In this document: positions 41,912 through 56,989 of the stretch, in pieces
How the letters are laid out: each line of letters begins with the position of its first letter
Position numbering within the stretch: position 1 is the stretch's first letter
NCBI GenBank assembly: GCA_951406725.2
Contig: OX597831.1
Coordinates: 4,092,001 to 4,156,000 of the forward strand
Length of the DNA: 64,000 nt
Origin: Octopus vulgaris
Taxonomy: Eukaryota
Reading direction: 5' to 3'
Notes under the pieces: model-generated
The model's input: the letters and a program-made list of their open reading frames with translations, nothing else
Told to the model about the DNA's origin: nothing
The model's database searches: none
Made by a program: the position numbers and the translations under genes

Positions 41912-42056
41912 CTCTTTCCTTTTTCTATGCTTATGACGAAGAGCTCCGCTCGAAACGTTAAATCCTCCACCTTTTTTTTTCCTTTCCTGAGCGTCCAATA
42001 ACACTATACTTGTTCCACGTCCTCGCGTTGTGCTTTCTCCTTGATCATGTTTGGAT

Positions 42057-42060
<4 letters not shown>
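41912..42060 (+). mobile_element. PLE-like mini-element with mutated hammerhead core (AUGACGA, 41929-41963)
   Basis: Homologous to 14828 and 28380 copies; ends GGATTAAC|(TA)n. Confidence 0.75.
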
Positions 42061-42134
<74 letters not shown>

Positions 42135-42137
<3 letters not shown>

Positions 42138-42316
42138 GAGTAAGCGCATAAATGTGAAACAAGATGGAAAAAAGAGTACTCAAGTATCAGAGGTAGAGTA
42201 ATATGCTTTATTTAAAAGCAGCAGAAATATCACTCAGAATTACAAACTGTCCGACGAACGGGAAAGTGAAACTCGGAGTAACAGTTTTTCTGATATTTCT
42301 GCTGCTTTTAAATAAA

Positions 42317-42318
<2 letters not shown>
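42135..42318. mobile_element. Fold-back PLE-like element with hammerhead at 42244-42287(+)
   Basis: AAACUGU-CCGACGA-AC(gggaaa)GU-GAAA-CUC(g)GAG-UA-ACAGUUU; inverted CTTTATTTAAAAGCAGCAGAAATATC / GATATTTCTGCTGCTTTTAAATAAAG; same family as 53387-53769. Confidence 0.78.
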
Positions 42319-42357
<39 letters not shown>

Positions 42358-42360
<3 letters not shown>

Positions 42361-42597
42361 TCAGTTGAAGATGGTAACATTTATTTCCAAAATATTCACT
42401 ACGTCAACTCGTGTGCATTTCAAACTTTAAACGTCTTGCTCCGTTTACAAAGAAAACTATCTTAAACAATAAAAAATTAAGTATATGAAAGCATTATTCC
42501 TGTCAAAAACAGTAATAATGAGGCGGTTAGCAAGACTTCTACACGAGTTGACACAATGAATATTTCCGAAATAGATGTTACTATCTCCAGCTGAAGA
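42358..42597. mobile_element. TIR MITE with TA flanks (Tc1/mariner-type)
   Basis: TA|TCTTCAGTTGAAGATGGTAACAT...GTCAACTCGTGT versus ACACGAGTTGAC...ATGTTACTATCTCCAGCTGAAGA|TA, about 55-60 bp imperfect TIR. Confidence 0.7.
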
Positions 42598-42741
42598 TAG
42601 CCAAGCATGTTTTCTCATGCACAGCATGGGTACAGTAGAAGATACTTACCCAAGGTGCCACACAATGGAACTGAACCCAGAACAATGTGGTTGAGAAGTA
42701 AGCTTCTTACCACACAGCTGCGACTGCGCCTATATATATAC

Positions 42742-42864
<123 letters not shown>

Positions 42865-42905
42865 CATAGGCGCAGTCGCAGCTGTGTGGTAGGAAGCTTC
42901 TCAAC

Positions 42906-42950
<45 letters not shown>

Positions 42951-43306
42951 CTGCGACTGCGCCTATATATATGTTTACTCAAAGATAATATGCATACCAC
43001 ATACAGCTCTGCACAACACACACATACAGCTCTATACAACACACACACACACATACACATACACACAAGAACACGCATGCACGAACACAGCCGCTTACAC
43101 GCACTTGTACACACAGACTGTACATTACCCCAGACACATGTTATCAGTCTACTTCGGAAGCTGACGAAGATAAGCAAACTAATGAACGATAATGTAGTTA
43201 TTGTCTGCCGTATTTCCCTGTCAAAACTAATAACCTTATCAATACATCCATCTGTTCATGCTAATTGACCCTGTGAAGTAAATGGCAATATTTATGCAAC
43301 GATATA

Positions 43307-43845
43307 AGGCGGCGAGCTGGCAGAATCGTTAGCACGCTAGGCGAAATGCTTAGCGGTATTTCGTCTGCCGTTACCTTCTGAGTTCAAATTCCGCCGAGAT
43401 CGACTTTGCCTTTCATCCTTTCGGGGGTCGATTAAATTAGTACCAGTTACGCACTGGGGTCGATATAATCGACTTAACCCGTTTGTCTGTCCTTGTTTGT
43501 CCCCTCTGTGTTTAGCCCCTTGTGGGTAGTAAAGAAATAGGTATTTCGTCTGTCGTTACGTTCTGAGCTCAAATTCCGCCGAGGTCGACTTTGACTTTCA
43601 GTCTTTCGGGATCGATAAATTAAGTACCAGTTACGCACTGGGGTCAATGTAATCGACTTAATCCGCTTGTCTGTCCTTGTTTGTCCCCTTGTGGGCAGTA
43701 AAGAAATAAGAATCGTCAGCTTGTTGGACAAAACGCTATGCGGCATTTCATCCACCTTTATGTTCTGAGTTCAAAGCTGCAGCGATCGCCTTTGCCTTGC
43801 AGCGCTTTTAGGGGTCATTAAAAGAAGTACCCGTTAAACACTGAG
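43307..43845 (+). mobile_element. SINE family C with tandem internal duplication
   Basis: GGCGGCGAGCTGGCAGAA head, B-box GAGTTCAAATTCC, Meta-domain-like CCTTTCATCCTTTCGGGGTCGAT..AGTACCAG. Confidence 0.85.
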
Positions 43846-44177
43846 ACCCCCTTCAGTCACGACACAGACCATGGGATTGCACCTAGAAAGTTACCCTCCC
43901 AGGCACAAGTCCAGGCAAGGTTGTTTGTAGAAGGTCAGTAGTCGCCCATGCATACTGGCCTCACCTCTCCATGGCACCAGTGTTATCCACAGGAAAGGCA
44001 AAGGGGCCGATACAGCTTGGCACCTGTGACGTCACAACTCATTTCTACAGCTGAGTGAACTGGATCAACGTGAAATAAAGTGTCTTGCTCAAGAACACAA
44101 CATGCAGCCCGGTCCGTGATTCGAACTCGCAACCTCACGATCGTAAGCTCGACGCTCTAACCACTGAGCCATGCGTC
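43846..44177 (-). mobile_element. SINE H1+T3
   Basis: Reverse complement of 48942-49283. Confidence 0.85.
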
Positions 44178-44358
44178 CAAACACTAGCGTCGATATAATC
44201 GACTCTCCCATCCACTCAAAAATTGTTGGCCTAGTGCTAAAACTTGAAATCTTTATATTATGATATAGTGTGTGCTCGCGCGCAACACCCACCCACCCAC
44301 GCACATACACACATACACACACACACACACACTCATATATATATATATATATATGTTC

Positions 44359-44414
<56 letters not shown>

Positions 44415-45494
44415 CCTCTCTACTCATCGCCTTATCAGAGTTGCGGGGTTACCGTCCTGCTATAAGGAGCGACTGAACAAGGTTTAGTCCTTGTTGCGCA
44501 CAGCATCCTACAGAACTGACAATAATCGATTTCTTCCAGAAGGAAAGAAGGAAAAGAATAGACTCCATTATAATATAGTAATGAAGTTATAATAATAGTA
44601 ATGAAGTTCGTGATCCCTACATGTTGAAAGGCAAAGTTAACCTCGACGGGATTTGAACACGCAACCACGGAAACCGCAAAGCTATCTATCCGACGCTCTA
44701 ATGACTCTACATGTTCGCCGCGCGCGCACACACACTCACACACACAGATACACAGACTGTCTCTGTTTGTCTCTCTCTCACTCTATCTGCCTCTCTCTCT
44801 CTCTTTCTGCACCCCACCACCAAACAACCACGTGTTCTTACTCTGTTGATTTAAGTGGGTAGGAGTAAAAAAAAAAAAGGTTGAGTATATTTCATTATTC
44901 GTTCTTTCTTCGTACTTTCATATTAAAACTAAAAGTTTCACCGTTCTTTGTATAGGATTCTTCCTCATACTAAGAGTGACAAAAACACAATTCTTAGAAA
45001 ACAATAAACATCTACCCATCTTCCATCTTGAACTTCTTGATTGTAATGTAACTAATTAATTATGAAGCACTCTGCAATGACGAGGCAAGATATGATAAAA
45101 CAGACTGTCTGCAGCTAGAGATAATGAAATGTATCTAACAAAACTATATTGACATTAATTATTATTTATCATGCTAGAGAGAAATATTCCTCGGCTGCAG
45201 CTTTTTCTCAATACAAAATAAATGAGCTAAGCATGTGTGTATGCATGCATATACGCACACACATATATGTATATGTATGTATATATGTATGCATATAACA
45301 TACACGTATTTATATATATACATATGTATTTGTATGTACATATATATATGTATATATAAATATAATATATACATATATATGTATATTATATATATATATA
45401 TATATATATGCACGTATGTATATGTACACATACACACATCTCACACCCATACATGTATGTATGTCATTCAGTTTTATTTCAAAATTTCTTGCCA

Positions 45495-47330
45495 ATAGAA
45501 AATGAGCCGGTTTCTAACCTAGATCCAAGGCTCCAAGGTATTTTTGTATGTAAGCTTGTATGTATGTACTTATATGTGCAAATTTCTATATTTTGTTTTA
45601 CGTATGTATTCTCATGCATATAGTTGCATATCTAGACTTGCTCATATATATTTAAATGATAAACTTGTGAAAAGTTTTGCAGATTTTTACACTTCCAGTG
45701 ATGGCTTGGATCTGTAGTCTTCGAATTAGTCTTCTCCTTTCTGATTTCCAGAAGCCTAATTTCTCAAGACTGGCATTTAGGCTCCAGTAATTACAGGTAT
45801 AAACCTGAACTTGTTACCGGGATAGAGTAACCGCAGATTTCTCAATAGTTCAGCGTAGGTATTCTCTTTTTCACTGATATTTAATTTTATATCAACATCC
45901 GTTGGGCTGCTAATCTCCACAACTGTGCACAGTTTCTCTTCTCTATCCCAAACTACTAAGGCTTTTGACTGGAACATTCCACCAGTACCCTTTTTTTTTA
46001 TTATGAGTGGCTATGGTTTCCACCATATTGTAGGTTCTTATTTCTTTGGCTTCGGTTTTATCCTTCCGACGGATCTCATTATACCGTGTCCCCGCTAGAT
46101 CATGTCTCGTCGGTAAATAATACCGTAATGACATTTTCGGATAGCTGCTTATGATGTGGGTGATAACTTCGGTGTTAATCTCACAAAGTCTGCATCGGTT
46201 ATCCCATTTTGCTGATTTTCCTACGTCTCTGTTCCTTCTGTGCATCAGGTATTTGGTTGATATTTTTTTTGTTCTTGGATTGCAAACGAATAACCTTCAA
46301 AGTGAGAGTTAACAATCCGGTTGTTGGTACATGATAGACTGCTTTGATGATCAATGTTACTATCATCTCGGAGCTTTCTACCAACATCTCCATGCTTGGT
46401 CTTCTACAGACGTACGTTCATCCTTTCATCTGATGATAAGTCGTTGTAGAGCCGAGCGACCTCTTTGGGTATGTAATCTAGGTTATCAGACAAGGTCCTA
46501 ATTTCCCAAGCTCATGATGTTATCAGCCTCATGTATGCAAACTTGTTAAGGTGGTTAAAAGATGTTGCTGAAGGGATATGATGCATTCAAAGGCAGTCTG
46601 GATCGATTTTAAGCCTCTGCCGCCATGTTTTCGTTTTAGGTAGAGGCGGTCTACATCACTGTTGATGTGGAAATCTTGTGTACTGGTTAGTATCTTCCGG
46701 ATTTTCCCATCAATGGCTCGGATCTCACCAAGTATCTCATTAAGTAGCCCAAATATTCTCATGAGTACTGAAAACACATAGTAGGTCAGAGTTTTATTGA
46801 ATGCAGAGAGTTCCACGTTCCATATTTTCTTTATTCGGCTGTAACATTCTTTTGTGACACATGTCTTGTTACAGGTGCCATTCTAAGATATGTTTTCATC
46901 CACCCCAAGGTACCCACAACATTCCTCGTTAGATACAGGGGAAACAGTTAAGTCATTGACGGAGATGTTGCTAGCCTGTTTTACAGTTTTCCTCCTTTTC
47001 ACAACTATATAGCAACATTTATCCTGTCCAAACTCCAGCCCTATATCATTTGAGAAAGGTCAAGTCTCTTTTTCATCTCATGCGTATTCTGTGCATATTG
47101 TTTCAAGTCATCCACAAAGGAACTGTGAAATTTCGGTATTACTGTTTCCTTGTGAAGCGGTGAAATATCCTTCAGGCTTCGTTAAATGATTGACAAAGGG
47201 TTTACTGAAAGTATAAGCAACATCACAGAGAGGCTGTCCCCTAGGAATATACACCTGCAATACTGTATTCTATCACTGACAATACAATAACTCCTTGCAT
47301 TAAATTTCAAGATGGTGGCGCACAATGAAT
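45495..47330 (-). pseudogene. 5'-truncated RLE-type (R4/Dong-like) non-LTR retrotransposon
   Basis: RT motifs IFLGDSLSVMLL..NPLS, FVDDLK, DIGLEFGQDKC, LYLKRKHGGRGL; CCHC knuckle CRLC..THIISS.P; RHD; PD-(D/E)xK-type tail VVWD..VVEIS.P..KENTY..IPVITGA; frameshifted. Confidence 0.88.
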
Positions 47331-47659
47331 TCAGGTCAGCTATGACTTTGACTCTGCTCACTGGAATGAACGCATGTATTCATATACGTACATGCATACA
47401 TACATGCATACATACATACATACATACATACATACATACATACATACATACATACATACATACATGCATACATACGTACATACATACATACATACATACA
47501 TACATACATGCATACATACATACATACATACATACATACATACATACATACATGCATACATACGTACATACATACATACATACATACATACATACATACA
47601 TACATACATACATAAATACATACATACATACATACATACATACATACATACATACATGC

Positions 47660-47690
<31 letters not shown>

Positions 47691-47751
47691 TACATACATA
47701 CATACACACACACATACATACACACGCACATACATACATACATACACATAC

Positions 47752-47784
<33 letters not shown>

Positions 47785-48278
47785 CATACATACATACATA
47801 CATACATACATACATACATAAATACATACATACATACATACATACGTACGTACATACATACATACATACATACATACATGCATACATACATACATACATA
47901 CATACATACATACATACATACATACATACATAAGCTTTACTACTGCCGTAAAACTACGATACGTTCCTAAAAAGTTTATAACCAGTCCGAGAGAGAATAC
48001 TCTATTAATATAGAAATTCTTAAGGCGATGAGCTGGCAGAACTGTTATCATGCCGGTCAAAATGATCAGCAGCATTTCGTCCGTCTTTACGTTCTGAGTT
48101 CAAATTTCACCAAGGTTGATTTTGCCTTACATCCTTTCGGAGTTGAAAAAATTTGTATTAGTCAAGAAGCGGAGTCCATGTAATCGATTTTACCCACCAC
48201 CCTCAAATTGCTGGCCTAGTGCCAAAGTTTGAAACCAGTATGTGAAGTAATTTCCAATTCGTACAATAATAATGAACT

Positions 48279-48439
48279 AGGAGTGGCTGTGTGGCAAGTA
48301 GCTTGCTAACCAACCACATGGTTCCGGGTTCAGTTCCACCGCGTGGCATCTTGGGCAAGTGTCTTCTACTATAGCCCCCGGGCCGACCAATGCCTTGTGA
48401 GTGGATTTGGTAGACGGAAACTGAAAGAAGCCTGTCGTA

Positions 48440-48486
<47 letters not shown>

Positions 48487-48706
48487 GTTTGTGTGTTTGT
48501 GTTTGTTCCCCTAGCATCGCTTGACAGCCGATGCTGGTGTGTTTATGTCCCCGTCACTTAGCGGTTCGGCAAAAGAGACCGATAGAATAAGTACTGGGCT
48601 TACAAAGAATAAGTCCCGGGGTCGATTTGCTCGACTAAAGGTGGTGCTCCAGCATGGCCGCAGTCAAATGACTGAAACAAGTAAAAGAGTAAAAGAGTAA
48701 AGAGTA
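48279..48706 (+). mobile_element. SINE family A
   Basis: Full family A alignment. Confidence 0.9.
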
Positions 48707-48941
48707 TGACAAATACTTTAGAACCAATATGTGAAACTGTTCAAATAATGAGAGCGTAAAAAAGCAGAAACAATAAAGAGAGCTCGAAAACGCCCTTTAT
48801 ATAATTAAGAAATTTCCCTCGTCTGCTGCCAGTCAGATTTCCTCATGATACCTTACGGCATCATGATACCTTACGGCAGGATCACTACTGCCGAAGGTGT
48901 TAGGCGTTAAAAAAAGACCCAGTTTAACACAGTATAGGAAA

Positions 48942-49283
48942 GTGAAGGCGCATGGCTCAGTGGTTAGAGCGTCGAGCTTACGATCGTGAGGTTGTGAGCT
49001 CGAATCCCGGACCGGGCTGCGTGTTGTGTTCTTGAGCAAGACACTTTATTTTCACGTTGCTCCAGTTCACTCAGCTGTAGAAATGAGTTGCGACGTCACT
49101 GGTGCCAAGCTGTATCGACCTTTGTCTTTCCCTTGGATAACACTGGTGGCGTGGAGAGGGGAGGCTGGTATGCATGGGCGACTGCTGGTCTTCCATAAAC
49201 AACCTTGCCCGGACTTGTGTCCAGGAGGGTAACTTTCTAGGTGCAATCCCATGGTCATTCATGACCGAAGGGGGTTTTTACCC
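48942..49283 (+). mobile_element. SINE H1+T3 full length
   Basis: TSD TAGGAAA; tRNA head TGGCTCAGTGG..GAGCTCGAATCCC; CORE-like body; distinct T3 tail. Confidence 0.88.
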
Positions 49284-49492
49284 TAGGAAAATGAACACAT
49301 ATTTGTGACTAGGATATAAAGCACAAAAGTTCCAGTGCAAAAACAGAGCATATAACACAAATATTAAAATACAAATAAATCAAAATACTCATAAATGAAA
49401 TATAAGAAGCTTAAACTTGATTAAAACGGCGGAATACATATGAAATAAAAGTAGAAATAAACATCAATAATTAATACTGATTTGTAAACCAT

Positions 49493-49898
49493 AGTGGCTG
49501 TATGGTAAGTAGCTTGCTTACGAACCACATGGTTCCGGGTTCAGTCCCATTGCGTGGTACCTATGCAAGTGTCTTCTACTACAGCCTCGGGCCGACCAAA
49601 GCCTTGTGAGTGGATTTGGTAGACGGAAACTGAAAGAAGCCCGTCGTATATATGTATATATGTGTGTGTGTGTTTGTGTGTGTATATGTTTGTGTATCTG
49701 TGTTTGTTCTCCCAACATCACTTGACAACCAATGCTTGTGTGTTTACGTCCCCGTAACTTAGAGGTTCGGCAAAAGAGACCGATAGAATAAGTACTAGGC
49801 TTACAAACAATAAATAAGTCCTGGGGTCGATTTGCTAGACTAAAGGCGGTGCTCCCGCATGGCCACAGTCAAATGACTGAAACAAGTAAAGAGTAAAG
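49493..49898 (+). mobile_element. SINE family A
   Basis: Family A alignment. Confidence 0.88.
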
Positions 49899-51066
49899 GA
49901 ATTAGATTTCAGCCATCCGGTTCCGTTGACTACTCTTGCAAAAGGAAGAAATGTTGGTCCAGTTGAATCTTACGGAAGAAGCTTTGACTTCAAAACGTAA
50001 GCAAGCATCGTTAAAAAAACGAGAGTTAGACAAAAAAGAAGAGCAGAGAAAGCAGAGAAGAAAAATACAGATGTAAATTTATTAACAACAACAAACGACT
50101 TAAACCAAGTGGTTTCTAAAGCTTCAAGCCACTCTAACCAGATCGTCCGTCGTTGAAATGTCAATCCTGACGAATACACTCAATGGAAGACTATGAAGTG
50201 CCGAGCTGCATTTACAGAACGGCTGACATGGCGATGCCTGGCTGCCACTACTCTTCACGCTTCGAGAGAATGTATCGAGAAGGATCATGAAGAAATACGA
50301 CAGTAGTCAACGTTTACGAAACGTAACCCGAATTTTATTAATATTTGGTATGACACTTAAATTTTCAATTAGTAGCAAAATTACTAGCTTGAAATGATTG
50401 CAAATTTATTTAACATAATGCTACATATACCTAAGGTTAAATTTAAGTATTAATAAAATTTTCCATATATCCTTGCTTAATCATTCGTTTTATCACATTA
50501 TTAAATTTACCTGCCAATAACTCCCGTCGACGAACTATTCTACCGAATATTATACGACAAACAAAATCATTCCATACTAAATTAAGAGTTGTGCAGTTAT
50601 TTGCCTAAGAAGTCTGAAATTTAAAATCATTCGTTTTATTATAAACATCAGTTATAATCCGTCCGGTATACACAGTTGAAGTGATATTTAATTAAAATAA
50701 CCAGGTCGAAATCATCTAGTGGTTTCGTTTGCCGTTCCTTGGAAGAAATTTCGTCTCTGATAATGATTGTTTTTGATACATCAAATCCATAAGAATGGTA
50801 TGTTAGGATAATTACAGCAGTAATCGGCCTACCGGGAGTGTATATATGCATTGAGTATACATAAATGATTATTTTATTTCTGATCTCTACTGTAAAATCT
50901 AGATATTATATCTCTGTCAGATTTGATCCACATGTGATTGCTTCTAAATCCGTTGGATAAATTTTACACAGTAAATATTCGAAAAAGACAATTTATGAAG
51001 GAAAATATAGTCAATAGATCTGAGGGGATAATCTACAATAGATAAGCTTGCGAAAGAAATAATCTC

Positions 51067-51181
<115 letters not shown>

Positions 51182-51469
51182 CCATTTATACAAATGAAGC
51201 TTGGAATATTTTTAACATTGTTCCCTTGGATATACGTCATTAGCCAATCAGATGCAGGAAGCTACTAATCTAATGACCACGATCGTTGTGATACCTACCA
51301 TTTGTTTGTGCATGTTTGTATGTATATGTGTATGTATGTATGTATGTATGTATGTATGTACGTATGTATGTATAGTCACATACATACATATGTACATACA
51401 TGCATGCATACATACATACATACATACTTACATACATACATACATTTTAAACTCATTCCACTCTAAGAA

Positions 51470-52065
51470 ACATCCCACGTTTGTTATCCTCCTCTGCTGA
51501 TGACGTCTCATGTGGCTCCCAAGGCCTGCAGGGCATCTACAAGTCATTCTATGCATCGACTACAAGTCCACATGCAAGCAGCAGTCTGACATTTAAATGC
51601 TGGAATCTAAAAGTCGGACTGTCGAGTGAATCCATTGACCAACTGCTACACAAGGTGCATGATAGAACATGCTGGAGATCACATAAGCAGAGTGGTTTGC
51701 CTCCGTGACTATGCGCGTGGTTGAGTACGCCTGACTTTGAGAAGCAGGCACAACAGCGCAGGTCTACAAAAGAGACTCTTTCGTGCCCTTTTTAGGGAGA
51801 GGGTTCATATCCTCCAAATATTTACCGGCACGTTTCACCTCTGTGCATGAAATCCTCTTGTACTCGAATTTTTTAACACTAATAGAAATCAAATTCCTCC
51901 ACACTACCCATCTGACACAAAACCTTCCTGTGTGCTTATATCGAAAAGGATTTTTGTAAGGGTGTCTTTAAAATTGTCTTCAAAACTTTTGCGTAGCTTA
52001 CAGTGTGAATGTTCTCTTCCCTTCAGCTCACCGTACCACACCAGTTTTGGCATGTGTATGTCTTC
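51470..52065 (-). pseudogene. RTE LINE 3' remnant (with 51545-51675 duplicated at 52255-52380)
   Basis: MPKLVWYGELKG..R..G..RKSFEDNFKDTL matches the RTE PKxxxYGEL..G.R..G...KRxKD motif. Confidence 0.7.
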
Positions 52066-52097
52066 TTCATATACATAAATACATACATACACACCTA

Positions 52098-52166
<69 letters not shown>

Positions 52167-52384
52167 CATACATGTGGGTGTATGTATGTATGTTACATAC
52201 AGACATACATACATACATGCACACCTATGCGTGTATGTATGTATGTCTGCTGTAAGTCCGTTCTACACCGACTACAAGTCAACATGCAAGCAGCAGTCCG
52301 ACATCTTGATGCCGGAGTCTACAAAGTCGAATGAATCCATTGACCGACTGCTACACAAGGTGCAGGATAGAATATGTTGGTGAG

Positions 52385-52989
52385 TCAGAATGTTTCCACT
52401 CTATACTCTGTCTTTTGGACATTGCCTCATAATGATGGATCCACGTTTCATTTCCGGTGACAATTCTGCTCAAAGATTCCTCTCCGTTATTGTTCTAGCG
52501 ATTGAGTAAACGTTGGCAGACGGCAAGACGTTTCTGCTTGTGCTCTGCAGCAAGCTCTCTTGGCACCCATCTTGCACAGACTTTATGGAAGCTGAGATTA
52601 TCGTGGATGTTTTGATAGGCGGAACCATGACAAATCTGCAGGGAACAAGCTACCTCATCGATAATAACTCGCCGGTTCTCCATAATCACCTCTTGAGCTT
52701 GCTGAATCTTCTTGTCAGTGGTGGAGGTTGACGGGCGTCCTGACACACCTGATACACCTTCCGACCAGAGAAATCGGATCACTGATTTTTGTATTTCTTT
52801 GGTGCACATTGCTGGTAGAACGACAATGCTTACACTGTAAAGCCAGAAACAAAAATGGTGCGATCACGCTCAAACATTGATCACGTGACCACAATTCTAC
52901 CAACTATAAGCACACATACGCAGAAGGCAGTGTGACAATAATAAAGATATGTTATGGTGAAATTGCGGATAATTTTTGACCTCCCATCG
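52385..52989 (-). pseudogene. Mariner transposon 5' half (internally deleted, stop codons)
   Basis: SVIRFLW..GRPSTS..NRRV..HDNLSFHKVCARWVPREL..IVTGNETWIHHYE..EWKH; TIR-like TA|CGATGGGAGGTCAAAAA at 52989. Confidence 0.88.
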
Positions 52990-53114
52990 TATATATGTTG
53001 TATATATTTGGACATTTAATATAAAGAATCTAATTTTCAAACCTCTGTTCCAAATTTTAGTCACGACTGAATACACACATACGTACACATAGAAAGATAG
53101 AGAGAGCGAGAGAT

Positions 53115-53177
<63 letters not shown>

Positions 53178-53337
53178 AGATAGATATGACTGGTCTCTGG
53201 GGTTACCTTTGGCTTCACGTCCATAAAGCACTTAGCTTTACAGCGTTTCTTCAGGCCCTGAAACCGATGGGCCTATCACATCTCTAGCAAGAAAGAGGAA
53301 AAGACTTCGTTACTGTATGTCAACAACAAGGGATATA

Positions 53338-53386
<49 letters not shown>

Positions 53387-53389
<3 letters not shown>

Positions 53390-53769
53390 GAGTAAATACA
53401 TAAATGTGAAACAAGGTGGAAAAAGAGTACTCAAATACCAGTGGTAGAGTAATATGCTTTATTTAAAGCCGCAGAAAATTCAACTCAGAGTAACAGGTTT
53501 TGTTGAATTTTCTGCTGCTTTACATAAAGTATATATATATATATATACTTTATTTTAAGCAGCAGAAAATTCAACAAAATCTATTACTCTGAGTTTCTCG
53601 TTGCCGTTCATCAGACAGTTTTTCTAGCAAAAACTGTCTGATGAACGGCAACGAGAAACTCAGAGTAACAGATTTTGTTGAATTTTCTGCTGCTTAAAAT
53701 AAAGCATATTACTCTACCACTGGTATTTGAGTACTCTTTTTTCCACCTTTTTTTATGTGTCTACTCCGT
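53387..53769. mobile_element. Two inverted PLE-like fold-back elements; 157-bp palindrome (53548-53704) with back-to-back hammerheads
   Basis: HHR at 53630-53671(+) CUGU-CUGAUGA-ACG(gcaa)CGa-GAAA-CUC(a)GAG-UA-ACAG, mirrored at 53581-53622(-); embedded in (TA)n. Confidence 0.8.
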
Positions 53770-53789
53770 ATTATATATATATATATATA

Positions 53790-53878
<89 letters not shown>

Positions 53879-54429
53879 CACACTTAGGCATATATATATA
53901 TAAACTACAGACTCTGCATTGCATTTGGTAATATAAAAACACACGAACTGGTATAAATATTGCTTCAGTGTCATTATATTATGACAAACAACTGCAATTT
54001 GCAGAAAAGAATCCAAACTCTTCTCTCTTTCTTCTCTCTTCTTTTCTATATATTTTTTTTCTTTCTATCTTCATTCCTTTTGTAAGATCATAGAGTTTTG
54101 AGAATTTTTGAAAAGCGTACAAATTTACTGAAGTGTTCTGTTTCGCGAGGTAGTCCTAGTGAACAAGAACCACATAAAAACCGTCACGTTTGAAGTAATA
54201 TATGACACATCCGTACGTGTTCCCACTTTCGTCCTTCACTATTGATGGAATATCTATTTTGGATATGGAGTTATTTCAATACTCGAAGCGCAGTTCTTTG
54301 TTCTTTGTCCTTTTCAGTAAACGCGTATGCATATTTACATATAAGTAGACACACACACACACAAGCACGCACATACACACGCACGCACACGCACACACAC
54401 ACACGCACAAGCACACACACACACACACA

Positions 54430-54461
<32 letters not shown>

Positions 54462-54972
54462 CACACACGTACGCACACACACGCACGCACACGCACGCAC
54501 GCACACAAGCACGCACGCACACACACACACAAGCACACACACACACGCACGCACACACACAAGCACACACACACACACACACACACACACGCAAGCACAC
54601 ACACGCACGCACACAAGCACACACACACAAGCACGCACACGCACGCACGCACACGCACGCACACACACACACACACACAAGCACGAACACACACACTAGC
54701 ACGAGCACACACGCACACACACACACACACACATACAGAAACACACACATACTCACACACACACACACAGAAAGACACAGACACACGCACACAGAAACAG
54801 AAACACACGCACATGTATATTTATATACAGAGAGGGGTAGAGAGAATGAGAGAGAGAGAGAGAGAGAATGAGAGAGAGAAAGAGAGAGGGAGAGACAGGG
54901 AAAGGTAGAAACAGTTTTGGCGAAATGAACAGGAATAAAGAATTCCAATACACACACATATATATATATAGA

Positions 54973-55047
<75 letters not shown>

Positions 55048-55099
55048 CATTATTATTAATATTATTACTTATGTACATACATATATATATATATATATA

Positions 55100-56335
55100 T
55101 ACATATATATAAAACTGAGAATGTGTGTCTGTCTGTCTGTGTGTTTCCCTTAAACTTGAGAACTACACAACCAATTTCATTCAAATTTTACACATGCCTT
55201 ACTTAAGGTCCGGGGAGTGTCATCGGCAAAAATCTTAACTTTTCCCCAAGGGTGACCCCACAGCAATATCATATCTTCTCCACTATTTCAGTATTACGTG
55301 TTAAAAGTAAAACAAAAACATCTCTCTTTTGTAATGCAGACACTTTCACTATTAAAGTGAAAGTATTATATAACAGGGATGAACCATTAACAATGGTCAG
55401 CCATTTTGCTAGAAGAAGATCCGCTATGGTCTTATATGCTACACCACTGGTTTTCAATTCATATTAATCAAATTAATATTCAATTTTTCACCCTTATTAT
55501 TTGTGTGTGTATTAGCAATTCGTATAAAATTGTATCATTGACTTGAACTTGAATAAGTGATTTCACATAAATGGGGATAAATTAAAAAGGTTTGTTGTTA
55601 TTATTATTACTGTTTGACTATTGTAATCACGTTTGTTGGTTCCTCGTCAGGGAAATGTTGTTGTGTTGCATTTGTTAAATAATTGTAAACCGTAACCCTC
55701 CCCCTTTCAGAGAAGGGTCTTTGGTTATTGTTTAAAGATTGAATTGTGTCCCTGCTTGGGGAAATTGACAATATTTTCACCGTCTTTACGGAAGCATTTT
55801 TGTTAAAATGCCTTCGTTAGATGAAAGTCCAAAAATGAATTTCGCTGCAGCCGTACAAATCTATACACCGAAAATTTTCCCCAAGAATTTTTCGAAAATT
55901 TTCAACGAAAATTTTCTCCAAAAAGCTTTCGAAAATTTTCACCGAAAATTTTCCCCAAAAATTTTTCGAAAATTTTCACGGAAAATTTTCGTCAAAAATT
56001 TTTCAAAAATTTTTCGAAAATTTTCACCTAAAATTTTACCCAAATTTTCCTCAAAAATTTTTCGAAAATTTTCACCGAAAATTTATTCGAAAATTTTACC
56101 AAAAAATTTTTTGAAAATTTTCTCCAAAAAGTTTTCGAAAATTTTCACCGAAAATTTTCCTCAAAAATTTTTCGATAATTTTCACCAAAAATTTTACCCA
56201 AATTTTCCTCAAAAATATTTCGAAAATTTTCACCAAAATTTTTTCGAAAATTTGACCAAAAACTTTTTGGAAAATTTTAACCAAAAATTTTTCGAAACTT
56301 GGTGCGTAAGAAAACCGGACACCACATACTTAATG
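55100..56335 (+). mobile_element. Helitron-like element carrying an internal CGAAAATTTTC satellite (55869-56298)
   Basis: 5' TATATAAAACTGAGAATG(TG)(TCTG)n resembles the other Helitron 5' ends; no clean CTAG 3' end found. Confidence 0.45.
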
Positions 56336-56338
56336 ACT

Positions 56339-56414
<76 letters not shown>

Positions 56415-56515
56415 GGAGAGCAATAAGAAAATGGATGAGATCAATAGATGGTATTCATCATAGATATTATCCCTTAGTTGGTTGGATTCACAACCTCTAA
56501 CTTTCTTGGAATTCA

Positions 56516-56648
<133 letters not shown>

Positions 56649-56680
56649 ATTTATGTATGTATATGTGTGTGTACATTTAC

Positions 56681-56740
<60 letters not shown>

Positions 56741-56989
56741 TATCAATAGTAGCAAAGGGTAAAATTAATTAATTAACTAGTAATCAATAATTTCACCAAG
56801 TAGAATTCGGCATGAAAAAGGACCATTTCACGGTAAACTAAGGTAATACTTTATAATAGGGTTCAGCAAAGATTTGCTTTACCACATACCGAAGTTTAGA
56901 AATAGCAGTCAAATAGCTAAGGTTCTTTGACTGCTATTTCTAAACTTCGGTATGTGGTAAAGCAAATCTTTGCTGAACCCTATTATAAA

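Noticed and set aside
53225-53285. AGGCCC/GGGCCT hairpin as SECIS or hammerhead
   Set aside because: Quartet register and core spacing do not fit either motif.
55808-56341. 177-aa K/F/I-rich ORF
   Set aside because: Translation of the GAAAATTTTC satellite.
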